DNA of 64,000 bases. Origin: Acinetobacter sp. GTDB taxonomy: Bacteria > Pseudomonadota > Gammaproteobacteria > Pseudomonadales > Moraxellaceae. The position numbers were made by a program, and so were the translations under genes. The notes beneath the pieces are model-generated. The model was not told where the DNA came from, ran no database searches, and worked only from the letters and a program-made list of their open reading frames with translations. The stretch covers positions 9,312 to 73,311 of the forward strand of contig NZ_JAZQPV010000117.1 in the NCBI RefSeq assembly GCF_045628685.1, read 5' to 3'. Below are positions 17,611 to 26,325 of the stretch, piece by piece; the stretch's first letter is position 1; every line of letters begins with the position of its first letter.

Positions 17611-18534
17611 AAAAATTTTAGAAATTTCGCTTCGCAAAAAACTATGACGTAAATTTAATTGCAAATCCTTATGCCAATACATCCCCAAATCAATATTCGG
17701 CAGTTCCACAGGAACATCAAAAATATTCAGATCTTGTGCCAGTTGTAAATGAACCAATATATTTCTAGGAATGGTGAGAATGGCTTGAGGCTGCTGAGTT
17801 AAAATTTGCAGGGCGGTTGAATAATGCTGACAACGTAAAAAAATCTGACGAGAAAACTGCTTTCGGTTCAAGTAAATATCTTCAACCAAAACTCCGGTAC
17901 GTCGTGATGAAACACCAATATGTGGCGAGGCCAGATAAATATCTTTGGTCATGCTCTGCTGTTGAGTACACACTACAAACTGGTCTTGCACCAGTTTTTC
18001 AAATTGAATTTTTTCCCCAAAGTTTTGTTCTAGATCAATCACAAAATCAATTTGCTGAGTGGCAAGATCGCTAACGATATTTTTACGGTCTAGCTTAATA
18101 CTGGAAAATTGAATCGTTAAATTAAGTTGATGAAAATGTTCCACCAGTTTAGGAAAGATAATCGGTTCAATTTCATCATGCACTGCAATTTTTAAGCTCT
18201 GTACCATGCTTGGGTCAAAATTTTGTTTTTGGATTGAAATAGCTTGAATTGCAATCAAGGCATTTTTAATTTCAGGATAAATTTGCTCAGCGAAGGGCGT
18301 GGGAAGCATTTTGCTGCCTGTACGGACAAATAAATCATCCTGCAAATGTTGTCTTAAACGTTGTAGGGCATGACTGGCTGCGGATTGGCTAATACATAAA
18401 ATTTGCGCAGCTTTTGAAATACTTCTTTGCTCATAAATCGCAATACAAAGTGGATATAAATTAATATCGATACGGTGGAAAATTGCCAGATCAACGCTAC
18501 TACCTATCGGACTTTTATTATGAATACTGTTCAT
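17605..18534 (-). CDS. LysR family transcriptional regulator
   Basis: 309 aa, HTH (SISKAAQILCISQSAASHALQRLR); divergent from the acyl-CoA dehydrogenase operon. Confidence 0.85.
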   Translation of the reverse strand: MNSIHNKSPIGSSVDLAIFHRIDINLYPLCIAIYEQRSISKAAQILCISQSAASHALQRLRQHLQDDLFVRTGSKMLPTPFAEQIYPEIKNALIAIQAISIQKQNFDPSMVQSLKIAVHDEIEPIIFPKLVEHFHQLNLTIQFSSIKLDRKNIVSDLATQQIDFVIDLEQNFGEKIQFEKLVQDQFVVCTQQQSMTKDIYLASPHIGVSSRRTGVLVEDIYLNRKQFSRQIFLRCQHYSTALQILTQQPQAILTIPRNILVHLQLAQDLNIFDVPVELPNIDLGMYWHKDLQLNLRHSFLRSEISKIFA

Positions 18535-18628
18535 AGTGTTGTATTGAATTAAATCATTTTGTTCATAGTAGTTTTCAAGCTAAGGTGTTGTAAAGAGCAG
18601 TAATGACAATATTGAGAGGGAAGTTGCC

Positions 18629-19867
18629 ATGTTTGAATTATCAACACGTGCACAAGATTTTGTAGAACGAACCAAAACCTTTATAAAAAATGAAATTGAA
18701 CCGATTGAAACACAGTTTTGGAATGATGTTCATGCGCTGAATCAAGGGGGTGACTGGACAACATGGCAATGGCCAGCACAAATTGAAGTGCTTAAAGGTA
18801 AAGCCAAAGCAGCAGGGCTTTGGAACATGTTCCTACCTGATCCTGTATTAGGACAAGGGCTTTCGGTGCAGGAATATGCACATATTGCCGAACTGACAGG
18901 GCGCAGTCTAATTGCACCCACTTTATTCAACTGTAATGCACCTGACAGCGGCAACATGGAAGTATTATGGCGTTATGGTTCTGATGCGCAAAAACAACAG
19001 TGGTTAAGTCCTTTACTCGCAGGCAAAATCCGTTCTGTATTTTGTATGACTGAACCAGATGTGGCTTCTAGTGATGCAACCAATATGCAGGCGACGGCGG
19101 TCATTGACGGTGATGAAATTGTCTTGAATGGGCGTAAATGGTGGTCGTCTGGTTTAGGCGATCCTAATGCAAAAATCATTATTTTTATGGCACACACGCC
19201 AGATGAAAATAAAGACCGTCACCATCAACACTCCATGGTTTTAGTACCCATTGATACGGTAGGCGTGAAAATTGAACGAATGTTACCGGTGTTTGGTGAT
19301 TACGATGCACCGCATGGTCACGGCGAAATCAGTTTTAATAATGTCCGTGTTCCAGTTGCCAATTTTATTGGTGGTGCGGGGCAAGGTTTCGAAATTGCTC
19401 AAGGTCGTTTGGGGCCGGGACGTATTCATCACTGCATGCGTTGTATTGGGGCAGCAGAAAAATCGTTAGAGTTGATGATTGACCGTGGTATGAGCCGAAC
19501 TGCATTTGGTAAAGAAATTTTAAAACTGGGTGGTAACCTGGAACGTGTTGCCGAAGCACGGGTTGGCATAGATCAAGCCCGCCTTTTAACTTTGTATGCT
19601 GCCTATAAAATGGATACTTTAGGCAATATGGCGGCTTTGACTGAAATTTCTGCGATTAAATTGGTTGCGCCCAGGGTACTGGAAAAAGTGGTTGATATGG
19701 CAATCCAGATTCACGGCGGTGCAGGAGTTTCACGAGATACGCCATTAACGGGTTTCTTTGCCCAAGCGCGTAGCCTTCGTTTGGCCGATGGTCCCGATGA
19801 AGTGCATAAAGGCATAATTGCCAAACTTGAACTGGCAAAACGTGGTTACGGTTCACGTCGTAAATAA
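18629..19867 (+). CDS. Acyl-CoA dehydrogenase, FadE2/ACAD10-ACAD11-like subfamily
   Basis: 412 aa with GLWNMFLP, MTEPDVASSDATN and QGRLGPGRIHHCMR segments that I associate with this subfamily. Confidence 0.8.
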   Translation: MFELSTRAQDFVERTKTFIKNEIEPIETQFWNDVHALNQGGDWTTWQWPAQIEVLKGKAKAAGLWNMFLPDPVLGQGLSVQEYAHIAELTGRSLIAPTLFNCNAPDSGNMEVLWRYGSDAQKQQWLSPLLAGKIRSVFCMTEPDVASSDATNMQATAVIDGDEIVLNGRKWWSSGLGDPNAKIIIFMAHTPDENKDRHHQHSMVLVPIDTVGVKIERMLPVFGDYDAPHGHGEISFNNVRVPVANFIGGAGQGFEIAQGRLGPGRIHHCMRCIGAAEKSLELMIDRGMSRTAFGKEILKLGGNLERVAEARVGIDQARLLTLYAAYKMDTLGNMAALTEISAIKLVAPRVLEKVVDMAIQIHGGAGVSRDTPLTGFFAQARSLRLADGPDEVHKGIIAKLELAKRGYGSRRK

Positions 19868-19998
19868 GATTTAAAATATAGCGTAGATTAGAGTTCTTAC
19901 AACTTTATGCAAATTTTCCTATCAATGGAAAATGAAAAAGGTATAAATGAGTAGAGTAAGAAGTCTGTTTAAATTATTGATGATTTAGGGAAATAATC

Positions 19999-21126
19999 AT
20001 GTCGGTGATTGATGTCAGTGGAAATGTCCGTGAAGGTGAAGAACTGGACGTTGTCGCGGTAGAAAATTGGCTTAAACAACAAGGTATTGATCTGCAAGGG
20101 CAAGTCGCTGTCACCCAATATTCAGGTGGGGCATCTAACTGGACTTACCGTTTGAAATATGACAACGCCGATTTAATTTTGCGTCGTCCACCTAAAGGTA
20201 CCAAAGCCAAATCTGCCCATGACATGGCACGTGAATACAATGTGCAAAAAAATCTGGCACCGTTCTATCCTGTCTTGCCTGAAATGGTGGCACTGTGTCA
20301 GGATGAATCGATCATTGGCTGTGATTTTTATGTGATGCAGCGGATTGAGGGTATTATTCCTCGTGCCAATTTGCCCAAAGAACTGCATTTTAATGAAGTC
20401 CAAGTTCACGAACTGTGTATCAATGTTATTGATAAACTGATTGAGTTACATCAAGTACCTTATCAAGGGACAGAGCTGGAGAAACTGGGGAAAGGAGACG
20501 GATACTGTCGTCGTCAGGTGGAGGGTTGGGATGCACGGTATGAAAGAGCCAAAACCTTAAATGTACCTTCATTTAAATATGTACGTAACTGGCTCAAAGA
20601 CAATATTCCTGCTGATTCGACCATCTGTATCATTCATAACGACTGGCGTTTTGATAATCTAATTTTAGATCCGCATAACCCAACTCAAGTCATTGGTGTG
20701 CTGGACTGGGAAATGGCAACCTTGGGCGATCCGCTGATGGATTTGGGTTCGGCTTTGGCATACTGGGTTGAAGAGACGGATCCCCAGATTTTTAAAGCGA
20801 CACGTCGTCAGCCCACCCATTTAAAGGGCATGTTTAGCCGTAAAGAAGTGGTCGATTACTATTTAGAAAAAACGGGTTTGCAACCTGAAAACTGGACCTT
20901 TTATGAAGTGTTTGGCATTTTCCGTCTAGCCGTGATCGCCCAGCAAATTTATTACCGTTATCACCATAAACAAACCAATAATCCTGCATTTAAGGATTTT
21001 TGGATCGTGATTCATGCCTTACATATTCGTGCATTAAAATTGATTGGTGAACAAAAGCTCGAGGCCAATGACATTGCACAAAAATATAAAGCAAAATTTC
21101 AGGAAATTTTAGGAAAAGTAAAATGA
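19999..21126 (+). CDS. Phosphotransferase (APH/choline-kinase fold) family protein
   Basis: 375 aa; catalytic loop IHNDWRFDNLIL and VLDWEMATLGDP motif intact. Confidence 0.85.
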   Translation: MSVIDVSGNVREGEELDVVAVENWLKQQGIDLQGQVAVTQYSGGASNWTYRLKYDNADLILRRPPKGTKAKSAHDMAREYNVQKNLAPFYPVLPEMVALCQDESIIGCDFYVMQRIEGIIPRANLPKELHFNEVQVHELCINVIDKLIELHQVPYQGTELEKLGKGDGYCRRQVEGWDARYERAKTLNVPSFKYVRNWLKDNIPADSTICIIHNDWRFDNLILDPHNPTQVIGVLDWEMATLGDPLMDLGSALAYWVEETDPQIFKATRRQPTHLKGMFSRKEVVDYYLEKTGLQPENWTFYEVFGIFRLAVIAQQIYYRYHHKQTNNPAFKDFWIVIHALHIRALKLIGEQKLEANDIAQKYKAKFQEILGKVK

Positions 21127-21821
21127 CTACGATTTATCTGATTCGTCACGGACAGGCGTCTTTTGGGGCAGAAAGTTATGACAAGCTTTCACCGAATGGG
21201 GAATTACAGGCAAAATTGTTGGGTCAGTATTTCAACCAAATTTTGAAAGAAGAACCTTATGTTATTGCAGGTTCGATGCAGCGCCATCAACAAACAGCCA
21301 ATCTGGCTTTGGCTGAATGCTTTCCAGAAGCTGAGATTCGGATCGACAGCGCATGGAATGAATTCAACCATCAACAGGTTTTTGCCCATTATGAACCGCG
21401 CTTTAATGAGCCACATTTGCTAAAACAGGATGTCGAAAATGAAGCCAATCCACGTGCATATTTAGCCAAAATTTTTGAAGGTGCCATTGAACGCTGGACG
21501 GATGGCAACTATCACCATGAATATGACGAATCTTGGCCAAATTTTAAAAATCGTGTAGAAACAGCCCTACAAAATTTAAGTGATGAACTGGCAAAAACCA
21601 AATCTCGTTATGCTGTGGTGTTCACCTCGGGTGGTGTAATTTCAGTGGCTGCAGGAAAATTGCTTGAATTAAATGTGAATCGTACTTTTGCATTGAACTG
21701 GGCGATTACCAATACCAGTATCACCACATTACGTTTGGTTGGAAATGAACCGCAATTACTGAGTTTAAATGAACATCATTTTATTAAAGCTGTAGATCCT
21801 CAATTACTCACATGGATTTAA
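21123..21821 (+). CDS. Histidine phosphatase (phosphoglycerate mutase-like) family protein
   Basis: N-terminal LIRHGQASF (RHG motif); ATGA overlap with the kinase gene. Confidence 0.8.
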   Translation: MTTIYLIRHGQASFGAESYDKLSPNGELQAKLLGQYFNQILKEEPYVIAGSMQRHQQTANLALAECFPEAEIRIDSAWNEFNHQQVFAHYEPRFNEPHLLKQDVENEANPRAYLAKIFEGAIERWTDGNYHHEYDESWPNFKNRVETALQNLSDELAKTKSRYAVVFTSGGVISVAAGKLLELNVNRTFALNWAITNTSITTLRLVGNEPQLLSLNEHHFIKAVDPQLLTWI

Positions 21822-21848
21822 TATTAGAAAAAAGGGAGGGCATAGATC

Positions 21849-22592
21849 ATGGCAAGAACGATATTAATTACTGGGGCAAGTTCGGGAATTGGGGCAGGCA
21901 TGGCACGTGAATTCGCACAAAAGGGCTATAACCTTGCGATTTGCGCACGTCGTCTGGAACGCCTTGAGATCTTAAAACAAGAACTGGAAAGCAAATATGG
22001 CATTAAGGTGATTGCAAAAACTTTGGACGTCACCAATTACGATCAAGTTTTTGAGGTATTTAAAGCATTTCAGGCGGAATTTGGCATGATTGACCGTGTG
22101 ATCGTAAATGCAGGGGTTGGAGAGGGCCGTCGTATTGGTAAGGGGAATTTTGCAGTTAACCGTACTACGGTAGAAACAAACTTTATTTCTGCTTTAGCGC
22201 AATGTGAAGCCGCGGTTGAAATTTTCCGTGCGCAAAATTCAGGTCATCTGGTCATGATTTCATCCATGAGTGCAATGCGCGGTATGCCAAAACATTTAAC
22301 TGCATATGCAGCAAGTAAAGCAGCAGTTGCACATTTGGCTGAAGGTATTCGTGCCGAACTGATTAATACCCCCATTAAAATCAGCACCATTTTCCCAGGC
22401 TATATCCGCACTGAACTGAATGAAGGTGCGAAAAAACTGCCTTTTGAAGTGGATGAAAAAACTGGTTCACATTTACTTGCCCAAGTGATTGAGAAAGAGC
22501 CAGTAAAAGCATATGTACCCCAATGGCCATGGTTACCCTTGGGCTTGGCGATGAAAGTATTGCCTTTAAAGTGGCTAAATAAGCTAAGTTAA
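21849..22592 (+). CDS. SDR family oxidoreductase
   Basis: TGASSGIGAGMA cofactor motif and YAASKAA catalytic motif. Confidence 0.9.
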   Translation: MARTILITGASSGIGAGMAREFAQKGYNLAICARRLERLEILKQELESKYGIKVIAKTLDVTNYDQVFEVFKAFQAEFGMIDRVIVNAGVGEGRRIGKGNFAVNRTTVETNFISALAQCEAAVEIFRAQNSGHLVMISSMSAMRGMPKHLTAYAASKAAVAHLAEGIRAELINTPIKISTIFPGYIRTELNEGAKKLPFEVDEKTGSHLLAQVIEKEPVKAYVPQWPWLPLGLAMKVLPLKWLNKLS

Positions 22593-22620
22593 CCGTTAAA
22601 TACTCAATTTAATAAAATAA

Positions 22621-22650
22621 GGGCTCAGTAATGAGCTTTTATTGTTTTGA
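22621..22650 (+). terminator. Probable intrinsic terminator
   Basis: Short stem gggctca/tgagctt (includes G-U pairs) followed by a T-rich tract. Confidence 0.45.
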
Positions 22651-22789
22651 TTTTTGAATAATATTTTAAAAAATTATAATAATAAAAAATAATAGATGTA
22701 CAAAGTGCTGATTTATATTGAGCAAATATGAAAAAATTTAAAAAACAGTTTTAAAATCGCTAATAGGGAAGCGATTCACTGTTATTTAA

Positions 22790-23101
22790 TTAACTGTTAT
22801 TTTTAGAAATCAGAATACCTAACATGATAATAAAGGTGCTCACTCCACCTATGACAAAACTCATGAGTCCCATTTCCATAGTCAATATTTCATTCCAAAG
22901 ATTATTTTTGCTCCAAGGAATGTAAACGCCCTGTCTCCATAAAAAGCTAATAGCACATAAAATAAGAAAGCTGATAATTGTTGAAATAATAAGCGTAACA
23001 AAAAGATTTTTCCAGATTTTACAGCCGACAATTAAGGTAATAATGCTAAGGCCAACGATTGCAATTATTGATATGAATAAAACACTATTCCAATAGTCCA
23101 T
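22790..23101 (-). CDS. Hypothetical small membrane protein
   Basis: 103 aa with three hydrophobic segments, isolated in an AT-rich non-coding stretch. Confidence 0.5.
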   Translation of the reverse strand: MDYWNSVLFISIIAIVGLSIITLIVGCKIWKNLFVTLIISTIISFLILCAISFLWRQGVYIPWSKNNLWNEILTMEMGLMSFVIGGVSTFIIMLGILISKNNS

Positions 23102-23566
23102 TTCGATTACTCTTGGCTAAGTCAATAATAAAATTATGCAAGTATGGTATTTAAATTCTATGGATTACTTTAATATGAATCGCGTATATAAAGTAGGCAT
23201 TTTATTCCAGGAAATATTGTTATTTGACTTTTTTATAAATAAATTCTTATTAACTTACTGAAAAGCGGTTTTTTTTAATCTACTCAGATAAAACTGATTT
23301 CTTAAAAAAATTGAAAGAAGATATGTACTGGATAAACCTTCTGCTTTATCTGTCTAAGCACCTGGGAACGGTTATTGTTATTCTGCCAGGACCTGAAAAT
23401 AGCTTGAATGGGAGATTTTCCCTGCACCAATAAATAAAATATCCAAAATTTTAGCAATGTTCAGCAATGGGTATAACAATATGCCCATTCAATTAATGAT
23501 TTTATCAAGCTAAAATCGTATATTAATCAGGATGCTTTTCGCTCTTTGCTTATTTATGACGTATTT

Positions 23567-24277
23567 ATGTTTTTAAAAATTTCAACCATCGCCCTTATTC
23601 CCTCCCTGATTATTCAAGGCAATGCAGTCAAAAAAAATACCTTACGCTTGCCAGAACCAGAAGGAAACCGTCAGGGAACGGCCGGAAAAGGAAAAGTACT
23701 GTCTATTTTAATTTTAGGCGATTCGGCAGCAGCAGGTGTGGGAGTCGGAATTCAAGAAGATGCTTTATTGGGCGCTGTGTTGAGCCAGTTGAAAGATCAA
23801 TACCAAATCAGTTATATGCTGGAAGCAAAAACAGGATATGCCACTGGACAATTAATTAAAACCACCAAAAGGATGTCGGCTCGACATTTTGATGTGGTTA
23901 TTACCTCGGTAGGGGTAAATGACATTACCAAACTGACCCCACCTAAAAACTGGATTAAAAAACAACAGCAACTTTATGCAGAAATTAATCAGAAATTCAC
24001 ACCTGAATTGATTATTGCTTCTGGTGTGCCGCCTATGAATATGTTTCCCGCTTTACCTAATCCATTAGCATGGTTATTTGGGCAATATGCCAAAGCCATG
24101 AATGAAGTGCTTGATAAATTTGTTCAAGGACAAATTAACATGCAATGGATTGAGTACGATCTAGAACAATTTAAAGTTCTTAATTTAGAAATGGCAGAAG
24201 ATGGTTTTCATCCCAGCAAGGAAATTTATACACTTTGGGGACAACAAATGGCAGATAAAATCCGTCAAATGTTCTAA
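23567..24277 (+). CDS. SGNH/GDSL hydrolase family protein
   Basis: ILILGDSAAAGVG block I (GDS), GVND block, DGFHP block V; first ATG at 23567. Confidence 0.8.
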   Translation: MFLKISTIALIPSLIIQGNAVKKNTLRLPEPEGNRQGTAGKGKVLSILILGDSAAAGVGVGIQEDALLGAVLSQLKDQYQISYMLEAKTGYATGQLIKTTKRMSARHFDVVITSVGVNDITKLTPPKNWIKKQQQLYAEINQKFTPELIIASGVPPMNMFPALPNPLAWLFGQYAKAMNEVLDKFVQGQINMQWIEYDLEQFKVLNLEMAEDGFHPSKEIYTLWGQQMADKIRQMF

Positions 24278-24307
24278 ATTAAGCTAAAAGCTGATCAATG
24301 GGCTGTT

Positions 24308-24901
24308 ATGACCACCGAACTGGAAATTGAAACTCATCCACTTAAACCCTTTTTACCAGAAAATGCCAAATTGCTCATGATGGGCAGTTTCCCACCCCCT
24401 AAAAGCCGTTGGAAAATGGAGTTTTACTATCCAAACTATCAAAATGATATGTGGAAGATTTTTGGTTTAGTCTTTTTTAAAGATAAAGAATACTTTTTAG
24501 ATATCGCCAACAAGAATTTCAGGGAACAACTAATCCGGGATTTTTTAACTGAAAAAGGTATCGCGATTTTTGATACGGCGTATCAAATCGTTCGCTTAAA
24601 AGGCAATGCTTCGGATAAGTTCCTGCAAATTTCCAAACCAACTGATTTAGCCAAGCTGCTACAACAGATTCCAGAATGTCACAGCATTATGACCACAGGT
24701 GATAAAGCGACAGATACACTCATGCTTTCTATGCCAGAACATACTAAAAAACCGCAAATTGGACAGCCTTCAAAAGTACATTTTGCTGAACGTGACCTCA
24801 CTTTATATCGCATGCCTTCATCTTCAAGAGCTTATCCTTTAGCGGTGGAAAAGAAAGCTGAAGCATATGCTCAGTTATTTAAAGAAATAGGCTTACTATG
24901 A
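24308..24901 (+). CDS. Uracil-DNA glycosylase superfamily protein, specificity unknown
   Basis: LLMMGSFPPPKS...FYYPNYQNDMWKIFG N-terminal motif resembles the UDG-like/deoxyinosine glycosylase clade. Assigned by recollection only. Confidence 0.55.
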   Translation: MTTELEIETHPLKPFLPENAKLLMMGSFPPPKSRWKMEFYYPNYQNDMWKIFGLVFFKDKEYFLDIANKNFREQLIRDFLTEKGIAIFDTAYQIVRLKGNASDKFLQISKPTDLAKLLQQIPECHSIMTTGDKATDTLMLSMPEHTKKPQIGQPSKVHFAERDLTLYRMPSSSRAYPLAVEKKAEAYAQLFKEIGLL

Positions 24902-24992
24902 GTAAGTCTATTTATTAAAAGGCATCATTTTAGGATATTTCACCCATCGAAAAGTCTGCACGCTAAAATCCCGTACATGGGTAAAATTAGAT

Positions 24993-25360
24993 CAAATGAG
25001 TTTACTGCCTTTGGTCCATTTCAGGCTTTGAATACGCTGTGCAATTTGAGTTAACTCTTCATGACTGGCAGGACGTAGCTCGCCAATTTCCACCTAGAGC
25101 CGCACACCAGGATAATCACTGAATTCACCTTTCAATAGTAGAGATTTTAACCAAAATAACCGACTGCTATTAATCGCTTGAATACAGGCTTTGTTATTCT
25201 TTGGCAAATTTTCTTTAAAAGATTCTGCATAGGCATCAAAGAAAAATCCGGGTTGGTCTTCTTTAAGAAATACAGTACCTATAGGGGTGATCGCGGGTTG
25301 TAACTGGTTATCAACAGTGGCAATAGAGCAGTGCATGGCAGCTTTTTGAGCATCATTCAC
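24993..25360 (-). pseudogene. Small PNPOx-like (FMN-binding split barrel) protein gene interrupted by an in-frame TAG
   Basis: 88-codon ORF with only a GTG start ends at TAG (25094-25096) and continues in frame for 33 more codons to TGA (24993-24995). Family call is tentative. Confidence 0.45.
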
Positions 25361-25600
25361 TACTTTACGAATATGCTGCCATTCTTGCTTATTCCCTGTT
25401 ATTTTTCTTCTTATTATTTTTTAATAGTATTCAATAGGATGAAAGTAATTGGAATACAATTATATCTATCTGACTGGTCATCCGTAATAATACTTCATTG
25501 GAAAGTTAAGTATCTTGATCAGAAGCTTTTGATACTTTGCAAAGCTTACCGAAGCCGATTTAAATGAAAGGTTTTGAATCGGTTTGAATAACACCAAAAT

Positions 25601-26038
25601 CTATCCGTCATATTCCACATAATCCCAAAGATTTAAACGGGATTTAATTTCACGGCGAATATCGGGCAGCATGGGTAACAATGTGCCATCAATCCATAGA
25701 CTTAAAGCCTGAGCAGAAATTTTCTTTTGATCATCACCTACAATTTGAGCACCTTTCACCAAAAGCAAGGTTTCTTCATGGACTGTAGTTTCAATACCTT
25801 TAAATAAAACTTGTAATTCCGTACCGGTATCCTGAATTAGCCATTCTAGTTCCAGTTGAACATTTTCACTGGATTTCAAAACAGCTTGACCTTCAAGAAT
25901 TTCAGCGTCAGTCGAGCAGTCATATTCCACACGAACTTTGGTTAAAAACCATTCTTGATGTTCAAGTTCATTTAGTGTTTGGTAGGGTATTAAAATATCA
26001 CTTAAATTAAATTGACGACTTAAATCAAAAAATTGCAT
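25601..26038 (-). CDS. Hypothetical protein
   Basis: 145-aa acidic ORF; no family recognised. Confidence 0.5.
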   Translation of the reverse strand: MQFFDLSRQFNLSDILIPYQTLNELEHQEWFLTKVRVEYDCSTDAEILEGQAVLKSSENVQLELEWLIQDTGTELQVLFKGIETTVHEETLLLVKGAQIVGDDQKKISAQALSLWIDGTLLPMLPDIRREIKSRLNLWDYVEYDG

Positions 26039-26325
26039 TGCAGAGGGTCACGATCGGGAGAGAGGGAATTAAAAACTCGAAAAGGGAATATTAAAGCAAA
26101 TCAGGAAATGAGTAAAAGCATTGTGGTTACTCATCTAAAATATGTATAAATAGCATCTAATATCTTATTAGTCCTCATCATTTTAATTAAAGAAGTGCCA
26201 AGCCCTAGTCGATGGAAAACAATCGCTCGATAAAGTCCAGATTAAAAGCCCATGCATGATTTATAAAAATTAAGATAACTATGTCAATAAAAGCTTTATG
26301 TATTTTGAATGTCATTCAGTTGTCA

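Noticed and set aside
23323-23433. 36-codon ORF MYWINLLLYLSKHLGTVIVILPGPENSLNGRFSLHQ upstream of the GDSL hydrolase gene
   Set aside because: Only a weak purine-rich stretch precedes it, with no terminator or recognisable features. The evidence is insufficient to call it a gene.
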